Shown here one piece after another: positions 38,456 to 50,600 of a stretch of DNA of 64,000 bases. Every line of letters starts with the position of its first letter. The first letter of the stretch is position 1. The position numbers and the translations under genes are program-made. The notes under the pieces were generated by a model. That model saw only the letters and a list, made by a program, of their open reading frames with translations. It was not told the DNA's origin and did not search any database. This stretch comes from Macrostomum lignano (Eukaryota), in NCBI GenBank assembly GCA_002269645.1, contig NIVC01000446.1, positions 310,001 to 374,000 of the forward strand. Reading direction: 5' to 3'.

Positions 38456-39760
38456 CTAGTCGAAAGGTGAGACGCATTCGCACAGGGCTTTGTACTGAGC
38501 AACGGTGTCCAAGAAATCCGACAAAGCCCCATGCGCATTGAGCCGACCAATGACATTCTCGCCACTCGCTCCGTAGTTGTCCGGCTCCACCGCGTTCCAC
38601 AGGCTGTCGTCAAGGGTGATGTTGCAGCTGGCCCAGTGCCAGCCGCCTCTCGGCTCGGGACTTCCAGGAGTTTGGTAGCCTCCGAGCCACATCGTGGATC
38701 CAGCGCTGTAATTGCTGTAGATCGTCTCCACGTGGCTCATCTCGGTGGCGTCCATCACATCGGTCATGATCACCAGACCGCTCTCCGACTTGCACTTCTG
38801 TTTGCTTGGCCACCAGAAGTCGGCTTCATTCAGCAGCTTGTACTTCACTCCGCACAGGTCGTCTCCGTAGCCAGATGAGGGTCGTTTCACAAACCCTAAT
38901 TTTCACAACGTCGAAAATAAGCAATGCAGCAGATTTCACAAGACCTAAATTTCACAAGCCCTAAATTTCATAACACCTAAAAGGCATGCACAGAATTTCA
39001 AAAGCCCTAAATTTCACTATCTCTAAATTTCACAAACCCTAAATTTCACAAACCCTAAATATCACAACGTCGAAAATTAAATTTGCTTCTATTTTCAGAA
39101 GCTCTAAATTTCACAAGCTCTAAATTTCACAACGCCTAAAAACACTGGAGCTACAATCTTTCACAAGACCTAAATTTCACAACGCCTAAAAACACTATGG
39201 AGATACAATCTTTCACAAGACCTAAATTTCACAACGCCTAAAAACACTATGGAGATACAATCTTTCACAAGACCTAAATTTCACGACGTCTAAAAGCACG
39301 TCTGAGAGATTGTATCTCCATAGTGTTTTTAGACGTTGTGAAATTTAGAGCTTGTGAAATTTAGAGCTTATGAAATTCTGTGCACAACTTTTCGACGTTG
39401 TGAAAATTAGGTCTTATGAAAAGTATGGCTTGTGAAATTTAGGGCTTGTGAAATTTATAGTTTATGCAGTCTGATGCAAGTTTTGTTTTCGACGTTGTGA
39501 AATTTAGAGCTTGTGAAATTTAGAGCTTATGAAATACTGTGCACAACTTTTCGACGATGTGAAAATTAGGGTTTATGAAATTTAGAGCTTATGAAAGTTT
39601 GTGTCTTGCGACGTTGTGAAATTTAGGGCTTGTGAAAGCGACCCGCCAGATGGACACAGCGAGCCCGGCTCGAGTCCCGGCTGCTGCTTCGCCTTTGTAT
39701 GGAATGTCCTTGGCTTTAGCGTCGTCTTTAGCACCCATGCAAGTGACGTACGTCAGGGTT
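38456..39760 (-). pseudogene. C-type lectin domain gene disrupted by a foldback insertion
   Basis: Removing 38879-39644 plus one TSD restores ...GSLCPSGYGDDLCGVKY...KQKC...MWLGGY...GWHW...W.AVEPDN..GENVIG...LSD...ALCE, a CTLD with an EPD motif. The upstream frame has stops. Confidence 0.75.
38879..39644. mobile_element. Foldback/MULE-like non-autonomous element, 766 bp, with minisatellite-built arms
   Basis: Termini GGGTCG-TTTCACAA... and ...TTGTGAAA-GCGACCC. Arms of AAATTTCACAA repeats switch orientation at ~39290. 9-bp TSD GCCAGATGA (38870-38878) / GCCAGATGG (39645-39653). Confidence 0.85.
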
Positions 39761-40095
39761 GCAGCTCAACTTCATGCAATGAGTCTTAATGAGTCATCTT
39801 CTGATTCATTGGGGGTTACGTGGATGCACTTTTAATTGAATTCCGTGTGGCCGCCATGAGTGCCCGAAGACTTATGTATGTTTCCGCCGACATGTCTAAA
39901 GCAATCGAATTTTTGAAGCGCAGTTTTTCTCGATCGAAATTGTCTACCCCATATAGCGCTATATGCGTTCTCTATAGAGCATACTAATGCACTGGTGACG
40001 TTCCTTACCGGCCTCTAACCCATGTCTAGAAACTCGAGTGTATATAGTTATAGCGTCTTGCTTGTACCTTCAATTTCAGCCTGGTCCAATGACTT

Positions 40096-40467
40096 TATTT
40101 TTTTATTAGAGGCAGGGGGTTGTGTGCACCCTGGCGCACTTTAAGCGACATAGGCACACAACCGGCGAGAGGCATTACTGCCCATTTCGCCGATACCCCT
40201 GAGCAGGCATACAAGCGCGCGGATACGTACGCTGTACGCAGGCACACACTCACACAGGAGTGTACAGCGGCCCTAACTTTATATTATCGTTAGGCATGTA
40301 CAATTCACTGCGCCTTGGGGGGGTTGGCTCTCAAGGCCGTTAATTGCACGAGCAGAGCCAAGCCGAGATTCCAATTCAGCCCCAAATTAATGTGACTGCA
40401 CTTGGAATCGAGCCTGGGTCGCTGGCACACCAAAGCAGCTGGGCTACCGCTGGGCTACGGTCCCCCT
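40096..40467 (-). mobile_element. SINE family B, full length with 14-bp TSD
   Basis: Minus-strand head GGGGACCGTAGCCCAGCGG (A-box) and GGCTCGATTCC (B-box), A-rich tail. TSD TGGTCCAATGACTT at 40082-40095 and 40468-40481. Confidence 0.9.
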
Positions 40468-40484
40468 TGGTCCAATGACTTAAA

Positions 40485-40600
40485 GGGGTCGTACTATAAA
40501 GCTGTCGTAGCGTAAGTTCGATTGTACGTCGGAACTTTTACCCTACGGAGATAGGAGCTAAGAACGATCTTATCTTACGATTGCTTTATAGAACGGGCCC
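40485..40600. mobile_element. 116-bp MITE
   Basis: 18-bp TIRs, GGGGTCGTACTATAAAGC versus reverse complement GGGCCCGTTCTATAAAGC (15/18 match). TAAA on both flanks. Confidence 0.6.
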
Positions 40601-41463
40601 TAAAGTCTGTATCGTATCAGGGGGCGTCGCCATGGATTTTATGGTGGGGGCCGGGACAAATCTAAGAATTTTAAGTCATGTACATTTTAAGTCATGTAAA
40701 AATACATAAATTTTTACATGTTTTGAGAATCACTCCGCCTAAGTTGGCACGCGTTTGTTAAGTTAAAGGCGCGGCCGCGGTCTCAAGATTCCAGTGTAGA
40801 TCCACATGCATGTACATGCATGTATGCATGCGTAAAAAACAGGCGCGGCGGAGGAAGAAAAATATTAGGTGGGCAACACTGGCAAACTCAGATATTTTTT
40901 GGACGGAGAGCCCTAGATGGAGATAATATAGACTATGCTATATTATAATTACTTGAGCAAACCTATAATAGGCTACAGCCACCAAGCATCATCCTCTAGA
41001 CTTTGTCCGCCTCGATCTGCGTTCACTTAATTTTTAAAGCGGAATAAGTTAGTTAAGACGGAATATTAGATGGTGAACAATGAAGGGAGACCGGGCGGAC
41101 GATACCCAAGGGCAGCGCAAAAGATCGAGGAATAATAAAGTAACTTAACAGACGCGCCGACGGGCAGGGCTGCTTGGCGCGTGACGTGGTCGTCGAATGG
41201 TCACGGCGGCGGCTGCAGTCACAGGCAATCCGGAAGTCTCGGATTTGGGTGGGTGTTAGGGGAAGTTTCAAACGATAGGGAAGGAAAGGGCAGTTAGCGG
41301 GTGCTTATTGGGAGATCCTGAGGATCTAGGAGCAATCAAAGTATTTAAGGGCGATTTACTCGGTCAAGAGAAAATGTGGGAAAAGTTGCCTATTCGGGTA
41401 CTGTCGAGTTTCTCTGGGAAGGCTCGGTCTCGCGAGAAAACAGAACAACAACAACAACAACAA

Positions 41464-43741
41464 CATAATAATAATAATAATAATAATAATAGTTACGCCC
41501 CACGCCAGCCGAAAGGACCGCTTAGGCGTGGCCAGGGACGATCAGCCCGCTACGTCGACCGCCTTTTTGAAGATGCGCGAGCACCCAGCCAGGCGGCCGG
41601 TGTGAAGCACGTTGGAGACCTAGCTTTGAAACGCGCGATTTGACGCCCCCCTCTTGGCCACTCCCTTTGGGGTCCACAGCAGGACGTCCTGCAGCGGCTC
41701 TGGGCAGTAGGCCAAGCCGCTGACTCAGCAGGGCAGAAGGCCGCGTCAGACCTGTGCGCTTGTACAGAGACTCGGTTGTCTTGCTACCAGGGCCGCAGCG
41801 GGCGTCAAAAGCGGCGCGGACTAGGGCCGCATGCGCCGCGTCGAGCTGCGCCTCAAGCGCCCCGGTCAGCGTCCAGGTCTCAGCATTGTACAGCAGGGCG
41901 GTCTCAACAACCGCCTGGTACATCTGGGACCTGGCGCCGTCGGACAGGGCCTCGGAGAGCAGCACCGCCCGCACAGATCGGAAGGCAAGCCGCGCCTTCG
42001 GGAGACTTGCCGCGCCGTCTCGCTAGGTCGTCGCCGACGTCAGGCACCAGTCCGCCGAGGTAGACGAACTGAAGGCAATTCGGGAGCACCGTCCCGGGGC
42101 CGTCACCGTCTCGAAGTCGAATCTCGGCGGGTAGATCATGCGGCACCGTCAGCACCTCGGTCTTCCTGGCGTTGATGATGAGACCGAACCTCGCCGCTGC
42201 CGCAGTCAGGCCGTCCAGCAGCCATTGGGCGCCTTCGGCCGTCGAAGACAGCCGGGGGAGGTCGTCCGCGTAGCCAAGGACAGACAGTTTCCTCTCCGGG
42301 TGCCGTCTACTGGTGCGCCTTTGCAGCAGAAAGCCGTCCTCTGTTGTTGGCAGGCCGGTCCTGAGCACCCAGTCCATCACCAGCACGAAGAGAAAGGGCG
42401 CCAGAGTGTCACCCTGTAGCACACCGGAGGTCGTGCTAAACAGGTCCGACGGTCCGTCTGGCGTCGCTACCGCGGCGGTGGTGTCCTGATACAGCGCCAT
42501 GATGGCGGAGATTAGCTGCTGCGGTACGTTGTAGGCACGGAGCACGTGAGGCAGCGCGCCGCGCGCCACCGAGTCGAAGGCCTTGAGGAAGTCGACCAAG
42601 ATGACGATAAGGCTTGACTGGTGGATGCGCGCCTCCTCGATGATGCGGTGGAGGGCCAGGATCTGCGTCACCGTACCGCGACGGGGGCGGAACCCGTTCT
42701 GCTCGTACCGCAGGAACGAGTCCAGCACGGGCTGTAACCGTGCTAATAGCACCCGGTTGAATAGCTTCGCGGTACAGGACATGAGCGAGATTCCACGATG
42801 CTTCTCCTTCCGTGTATTGCCTTCCATGTTGGCCTGGGTCCACTCGCGGGGCGCGGGGCCTCCTGCCAGGACGCCGTTCATCACGCGGGCCACCTCAGTG
42901 GAAACCCTTGAGACTCGCAGCGCCTCGACGGGGACCTCGTCCGGGCCGGGGGCGCGGCCTCCCGGAGCCCTGCGGGCGAATTCCACGACGTCGGTGCTGG
43001 TCACAGGACGGGTGTCGAAGTTCTCCTGCCGTGGCAGCGCCACCTCGAGGGGCAGCAGCATCTCGTTCGGCAGAGTCGGCGGCGGCGCGTTGACAATGGC
43101 GGCGAAGAAGGTGCGCAGCTCGTTTCTGCGCTCTTCGGCCGTGTCGCCAGCCAGGTTAAGCGCCGTCTTCTTTTTGCAACCGGTTAGGGGGTTCACGACC
43201 GGCCAGACGACCCTGTTCTGCCGTTCAGGCCCGACGGAGGCGACTGCCCTGATTGCGTCGTCAAGAGCGGCTTGCTGTCGACTAGCGTAGGCGTCTGCCA
43301 GGGCTTTCTCGGCATCGGATGTCGGTCGCCTGGCTCGTCGCAGCTGCTCGACTGTGCGGCGGGCCTCCCGGACCTCCGGGTCGCTTGCCCAAACCAGAAG
43401 TTTCCGTGAACGCGGGCTCCATAAGCGACAAAGTTTTGGCAGCGGCAGTGGTGATGGCTGAGCTGATGGTGGTGTAGTCTGGCGCCTGCGCGGATCCCAG
43501 GGCAGTCGCGAAGATGTACGCAAAGTTGCTGCGGGTTCCGGGGTCTTGCAAGGCGTAGAAAAGTCTTCTCCTAGGGCGTTTTGGTGGCCTGTACAGCGGG
43601 TCAGAGAGCCTCAGGTCGCAGTAGAGTAGGCGATGGTCGGACCGGACAGCCAGGGGTTCCATTGTGTCACAGTTCTGCAGCCGACTGCGTTCGCGGTGTC
43701 GAACCAGCGCATGGTCAAGCTGCGCCAGGCGGGTCGTGGCG
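41464..43741 (-). mobile_element. RTE-clade LINE 1, 5'-truncated and frameshifted
   Basis: APE end (QLDHALV...SDHRLL), RT (PGPDEVP, HRGISLMS, EQNGFRP, DFLKAFDSV, GVLQGDTLAPFLF, LGYADD), RTE-type C-terminus (LLYNAETWTL), (ATT)n tail at ~41466-41491. Confidence 0.92.
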
Positions 43742-43765
43742 AACAACAACAACAACAACAACAGC

Positions 43766-43810
<45 letters not shown>

Positions 43811-45140
43811 AATAATAACAACAAAAGACAGTGACCAGAAGGGGGGAGTCAGATGGCACGCCGATTGGGACAGGTCCCTAAAAAAGTCGCACCCGCCCGC
43901 CTGGTTAGGGACGCTAGCAGCGTCCTTTAACAGTCTGTTAATGCAGCGAGCCGTTCGCCACTGGCCTCGCCTGTGTGGTTCCTGCAGCTGAAGCAGCAGC
44001 ACGTCATGCAGCAGCGGCTCCCGGCAGCGAGCTTCTGACCGGATGATGTGGGCAGCCGCCGTTCGAGCAGCAGGTCAGGGTTGCCCTCTCATAGAGCGCG
44101 GCGTTCGTCTTGGTGACTGGGCCGCTGCGAACTCCAAAAGCAGCACGCAGCATGGCCGCATGCGCAGCGTCCAGCTGCGTCTCCCGGGCATCCGTCAGGA
44201 TCCAGCTAGGCGTCTGTATTGTGAAATAAGACCGTCTCAACGACTGCCTGGAACAACTGAGACCTGAGCCTGTCGTCCAGGGCCACAGAGTGCAGCATCG
44301 AGAGCGCAGTGCGGAGAGCAGCCCAGGCCAGTCTGCGTCGTCCTGCGAGGTCACCGATACAGAAAGTGCTTGCAGCGGGATAGCGAAGTCACTGCCCCGT
44401 CAGTGCCTCGGCAGAAAATCTCGGGCAGCAAGTCCGATGAAACCGTGAAGACTTCTGTCTTCTGCGGGTTCAGCTTGAGTCCGACCCGCGCCGCTGCCAC
44501 CGTCTGTCCATCCAGCAGCCGTTGGGCGCCTTCGGTCGTCGAGGACAGCAGATCGAGGTCGTCCGCGTAGCCGAGCACGCGCAGAGCCGTTTCTCCGGGT
44601 GCCGCCGACTCGTCCATCTTCTCAGCCGTCGTCCGAGTTGGGCAGGCCGGTCCTTAGCACCCAGTTTCGCACTTCGTCTCGATACCGAAGAAGCCGGGCA
44701 CGACGTAGGAGGCCGCGAGAGCACAGGGGGATCTTGCTTATGTCTTGTGCTGCGAAGCTGTTCAACCCCAAATGATGGTAGCGCGGTTACAGCCTGCGTT
44801 GGACCCGCTTCTGCGCCCCGTGCAGAACGGGTTCCGGCCGCAGCGTGGCACAGTGACGCAGATTCTCGACCTCCGCCGCATCATCGAGAAGGCGTGCATT
44901 CACCGTTCAAGCTTTGTCGTTTTCATTGAGGTCCTCAAGGCGTTCCCCTCGGTGTCTTGTGGCGCATGCCTCTCATGCTCCGAGCCTAAAACGTGAGCAG
45001 CAGCTGGTTTCCGCCATCGTAGCAATGTACCAGGACACGACCGCTGCTGTGATGACTCGAGCCGGCCTGTCGGACAAGTTCAGCACGTCTTGACACAGGA
45101 GTGCTGCGGGGACACTCTGGCGTCCTTTCTGTTCGTGCTT
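43742..45140 (-). mobile_element. RTE-clade LINE 2 with an inverted 5' segment
   Basis: (TTG)n tail. Minus-strand RT C-half (WVLRTGLP, LGYADD, LDAAHAAM) at ~43825-44665. Plus-strand RT N-half (SIPKKPG, QNGFRPQRGT, AMYQDTTAAV, GDTLAPFLFV-like) at ~44666-45140. Confidence 0.85.
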
Positions 45141-46479
45141 GCTCAAGGGACCGAAACCCAGAGAACAGCAAAGCAAAGTAAAGGGTAAAGGATGGCCGTG
45201 ACCTGTCCTTACAGACCGATCCGTTACAAAGCAAACCTGATAACTCCACCCCACTGTAGCGAGCAACTCTGGCTGGTTATTGCGAGTGTTAGTTAGCCAC
45301 TCAAAAAGTGGAGAAATAGAATGTGGCTGTGCCTGTATATTTATTGTCTGGTCACAGATTTCCGGTTCATTGAGTGCGCGTTGGGATGTGCTCGAGCAGA
45401 GGGAAGTGGATAGGCTGGGTGGGGCTGGGGGTCACGGAGTGCAAACTATAGGTGCCCGAACTGCCTGCCTGCGCATGCTACACCCACCAGCCGCGCTGTG
45501 ATTGGACAAAGACTTGGGGTGCAGCTCAGTGGAGAAAATGATTGATGATAGGGTATTATACTGTATAACAGGCGGGGAAAATCTGGGGAGATAGGGGGTA
45601 CCGTAAAAGTGGTCACACGCATGATTAATTTTAAACAATAGAAAGGAGTTGAGGATGCAGGGGTTGATGCACTGGAGAGTGGGAGAGTGGGCGGACGATA
45701 GGCGAATGGGGTGGGCACAAGAATCACAGGGGACGAAGGGAGGGTGCGCAAAAGTGGAGGGGGGTGGGCCTACATACAGATGTCAGCTACTGAAATATTG
45801 GGAAGGCAATGCCTCCCCCAAAAAATCATTGGGTAGGCAATTGCCTACACTGCCCCGGCTCAGCCGCGCCTGTGCGTAAAGTATATAATAGTTTTTATTC
45901 CTGTTATCTTCTGCTCACAAGTCAGAAAGAATTTTCAACTCACTGGCCTCTGAGGGCCCTGTTATGAGTGTGAGGCTCACATCTCCGAATCTCTCTCTGC
46001 CGCAAATTATCCAAGACAGTGTATTTTATATTCAAGCAAGCAAACTGGTTTAGTTGACAAAATGAAGAGCAATGCATAGTTTGAGCGGGGCAGGGTTATC
46101 GCTCGAGCAGTTTTCTCTGTCCCGTTGTTAGGCAACCATATCAACCCCCCCCCCCTAAGCACTGCTGCGAGTCTACTGTGTCACGCGTTCGCAGGCTGCT
46201 GGCTTGGCCTTCGAACCTCAGCTTTGTTATCTGCCCTTTAGTGTAGAGCTGGTCTGGCTGGATAGACCCGGTCGAGACGAGAGGAGGCCGTTGTTTTTTT
46301 CGCTTTGATATAAGCACAATTCCAGTGCTTACAAAGTATACCTATATTATTGGCTCTTACATGTATATATGGTTACATGTTACGTAAAGCTACACATGTA
46401 AGTGACGGTATAGCGGTAGGCCCAAACGTACAGCAGTGACATCAGAAACTTCAATTAGATTTAAGCCTTTAAGTTACAG

Positions 46480-46720
46480 AAGTTCATACATGTACATGTA
46501 CATGTATACATGATATGCATGCATATACATGTACATACTACATTTAATTTACACAGATATGTACTGTTACAGCTTCTGTGCCGTAATGCAGTTAGTTAAG
46601 CACAGGGATTGCATCAAACAGCTGATGTCCTTGTTTTTTGAATAATACTCTCGTACACAGCTGTACATGTACGGGTAAATTATACATGTATACATGTACA
46701 TACATTACGCGTATGTAAAT
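46480..46720. repeat. (CATGTA)n-type self-complementary alternating purine/pyrimidine tract
   Basis: TACATGTACATGTACATGTA and related runs. A similar run occurs at ~40805-40832. Confidence 0.7.
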
Positions 46721-47517
46721 TAATGCGGGTGAAATGCAAATGTATGCAAACTTCGGAGGCCATGACAATCCTCGGTGGGTGAAATTCGCGCGGGTAAAGT
46801 TCGAGTGTTAAGCCCGGTGGGCAATCTTTGGGCAAACTTCCGCGGCAACTTTCGTACTCCTCAATTAGGACGCCCCTTTAGACTTGAGGAGTTTAATTTC
46901 TCTTTTAAGATACTTTTTACGCTTTTATTGTTTTATGCCACTAAGTTAATTCATTACTCCTGCTATTTTTATACCATATTTTGTGGATTTTCTGAAGAAA
47001 TATTTGTTTTAACTTTTTCAATGCTTGTAATTCAAATTTATTAAGTAACTTTTCGATTTCGAAATTGGACAAACTAGCCTTTTATGATTTGACTTAAGTT
47101 AGTTAGTACCTACTACTGCCTATAAAACAGCTACTATTCTTGATTTCACTTTAAACCAGTTCAGATCATTCCCATGGCTTTCATACGCCGATTACTACTG
47201 ATAGTACTGACCACTATGTCTGACTTCCAGTCACAGGGATAATTTGTCTTAATAAATATTGATATTATTTTTTACTGTGCCTTTGGCTTCCTTAGGCCTA
47301 TGTTATAGATAGTTATACATACTGCTTTTTTGTAGAACTTTAAGTCTGCACTTGCATAGGCCCTATCTATTATGTAGTGGTAGACTAAGGAATTATAGTG
47401 AAGTGATTTTGCAATTACAATAGAATTAATAATTTATGGTTAAGTCAACTATGCAATTAACAAATAGGCCCCTAGGGCTAAATAAAGAAAGATCAGTTAT
47501 GATATGTTCAGATATGT

Positions 47518-47660
47518 TTTTTTATTAGAGGCATGGGGGTTGTGTGCACCTGCACCCTGTCCCTGGTGCACTTTAACTGACATAGGCACACAATTGGCAA
47601 GAGGCATTACTGCCCATTCTGCCAACTCCCCTGAGTAGGCATTTAAGCGTGCAGATATGT
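47518..47660 (-). mobile_element. SINE family B 3' fragment
   Basis: TTATTAGAGGCATGGGGGTTGTGTGCACC...GAGGCATTACTGCCC matches 40100-40200. Confidence 0.75.
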
Positions 47661-47759
47661 TTAGATATATTCAGTTCTTATGACCTTATTTTTAATGATT
47701 TTGATGAAAGCTAGAGTGGCACATATCATAATAAGCATGGCCACCATCATAGTCAAGAA

Positions 47760-47850
47760 GGGTACCAGTTGTTTCAGTGACAAGTCATTTCGGTGACAGA
47801 CATTTTGGTGACAAATAGTCATTTCGGTGACAAGTTGCTTTTGTGATAGA
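47760..47850. repeat. Short TGACAAGTCATTTCGG repeat array starting GGGTACC
   Basis: About five variant units; may be a single foldback arm. Confidence 0.5.
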
Positions 47851-48339
47851 CACACTTGATTTTTATGAAAAATTAAAGATATAATAGGTATTGTCATTTG
47901 GCCTTTTCATGGAAAATTCTAGCACAAAAGGGTTAGACAAGCACATTCTAGCGTAACAGCATGCAAGGAAAAAAAATCCAGTATAGTATGGCACAAGACA
48001 AATAATTGGCACAATTTGTTACAAAAACTTTTGATAAGACAATATTTTCTTTAACAGAAAATCAGCATATAATTTTTTTTCATTTGTACTATTTGTTTGC
48101 TGATATATTGATGGCTTTTTAATTAATTTATGTTATATTCTATGAAATAGATTTAAATACAAGTTTTACTAGGCCTAGTATTTTTCAAATGGAAAATTAT
48201 TGATTTTTGCTTTTTTCACAAAGTTGCAGTATATAGCACAGTGCAAGCAAACTTTTTTGATAGTTGTTCCAGCGCAGATGTGCCATGATCTTGACTATGG
48301 TATCATATCATATGAAAAAAAGCATCTTTTTAAGAATTA

Positions 48340-49668
48340 ATTTAGCTTGAATTTAATTGATCTTGACCTCCACTGGTTTCTGGGCTTCCTGCTGCACATT
48401 TATGATTCAAAAGCCCTCAGCAACACCATCCAGGATGAACTTCTTCCTAACAGGTGGCAAATCAACCAACTCCAACTGCTCGATCCAAGCATTTAGGTTC
48501 AAATCAATAGATAAAATGTAGGAGTTAAAAACAGAATTGATGCCCAGTCAGTGCAGTGGTCTCCTAGCTTCACTACCTCCATCCTTGTATGCCATCGCCT
48601 CAGAGTGGCCAAACCCACAGCGCCAACACCGGTAAGAAAATCGGCAGTTACGCCTCGCGCATCCAGACTCCTTGTTGTAATCGAAGCATACTGGGTTCTA
48701 ACTTCACTTCAGCAACTTGTCCATGCTCATACCAGTTACCTTCATCGGAGCCATCAAGTAGGTTGTAAGTTTGCAACAAGCCCTAGGTCGGATCCACGTG
48801 ATTCCTAGGACAACCCGCCAGTGTGGCTCAGCCTGCATTCGTCATCAAACCTCATCACACAAGCCTTGTCAAAGCCAAGGTCAAACAACTCTCCAATGTG
48901 GATAGTGTAGTGTAGGTAGTCACGGAAGCCTGACACGTCAGGTTGACCCATTGCTCCTAGCCCACTCTTAACCAAGGTGCCATCATCTAATAGTTTCAAC
49001 ATAATGCGTGCATTTGCAAAGATCCAGTCGCCCATTGTTAGCAAGTCAATAGCAGTTTCTTTAACTTCAAAGATGACTCTACCAGATCTGTCCAGTGACT
49101 GTGCGATACCAGCATCCTGTTGTTTCCACTTGCTAATGAACTCTGGGATCTGGTACACCTTGCATGTCTCCTGCCTAGCAGTCTCCAGTTGCCCCTCCTC
49201 CTCATTGTCAGACCACAGATTCATCAGAAACTCACTGGGCTTTTTCCAGGGCTCAGTCTTTTGAAGCTTGTTCACTTCCACTTGCAACTGGGCAGCCTCT
49301 TTGCACAGTTTCAGCAGATATAGCTGCTTCTCTGCCTCCACCAGCTTGTTGTCTAGGCCGCCAGCTGCATTAGACGCTAATCCACCAGTTGCCTCGAGGT
49401 TGACCCTGGCCGCTGGCTGCTGCTGTTGCTCCACAGTGGCGCTGCAGGGCTTTCTTTGCATTGTTATCGTATCAGAGTCTACCCAAGTTGAACATCTTTG
49501 TCATTGTCATTCTCAATGTCAGATGCAATGCCATCTAGATATGTATGCAGTCACTATAAAAGTTTGCCTTTGTTGCCTTGCACAGAGTCCTAGGCTCTAA
49601 AGTTTCTCACGTAATGCCTTTACAGTGCTAGGCACAGACAGATCAATTTGGGCCTCAGAGTCAGACAT
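48340..49668 (-). mobile_element. Decayed Ngaro/DIRS-like (tyrosine-recombinase retrotransposon) gag and start of RT ORF
   Basis: Broken SAP-like TVKALREKL*SLGL; gag-like LTMGDWIFANARIMLKL...YLHYTIHIGEL...VMRFDDECR; zinc knuckle CFDYNKESGCARRNCRFSYRCWRCGFGH; RT-ORF start LNLNAWIEQL...FILDGVAEGF*I. Confidence 0.7.
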
Positions 49669-50189
49669 GATTCAGCAGATTTTTTTTGCAAAAAATTATA
49701 GCAGCAAGAACACTGAGCGCAACGCTGAAACGGCGTGCTAAATAGCCAGCGGAGGGGGTGGGGCTAAGTACAGCCCACCCTAAACAGATGCACAAAGGCA
49801 GGGAGGTGGCTGGTCACTAAAGCTGGTTTGCACAAGTTGCAAGCACCTATGCAAACCATTGCATTTGGTAACAAAAAAGACCACTTTGATAATAGCCACT
49901 TTAGTAGGTCTAAATAGCTACCATAATTTACAATTACTAATACTATATCTTTATAGTAATTAACTTTAACAACTATTAATTTAATAATAAACATTTTAAC
50001 TTTTTTATTGCTAATTATGCATGGTTTAATTTTCTAGGCCTAGTTAAACTTAGTAATTTAACTAGCAATCTTTGCCCCCCAATGGGGGACATCTAGATAG
50101 AATCTTTGTTCTTTACAAGTAACAAATAGACAGCAAGATAAAGCTTTCATAAAAACAACAGACATTTCCTCTAAAAAGAAAACATCCTA

Positions 50190-50600
50190 GGACAGCAAGC
50201 ATAGCAAGCATAGCAAGCATCCCCCCAATAATAAGCATCCCTCAGATAGCAAGCATCTCTCAGAAAGCAAGCATCCCCCTGATAGCAAGTATCCATCCTT
50301 AAATAGCAAGCATCTATCAGACAACAAGTAGCTAGTGCAATAATTTCCTTAGCTTTAAAGTGGCTCCATTCTGTTTGGCATGATGTTTCTTTTTACATTT
50401 GAAATGGTGTCTCTTTATGTTTGAAATGGTGGCTCTTTAATGTTTGACATGGTGGCCCTTTTATATTTGAAATGGGAGCCAATGTTTGACATGGTGGCTC
50501 TTTTATGTTTGACATGGTAGCTCCCTTATGTGTGACATGGTGTCTCTTTTATGTTCTACATTGTGGCTCTTTTATGTTTGACATGGTGGCTCTTTATATA
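50190..50600. repeat. Two short degenerate arrays (AGCAAGCATC; TTTGACATGGTGGCTCTTTTA)
   Basis: Tandem variant units at ~50190-50330 and ~50380-50600. Confidence 0.7.

Noticed and set aside
43282-43991. Poly-Leu/Cys/Val/Thr ORFs
   Set aside because: Reading frames through the (CAA)n microsatellite; only the part overlapping the LINE endonuclease is meaningful.
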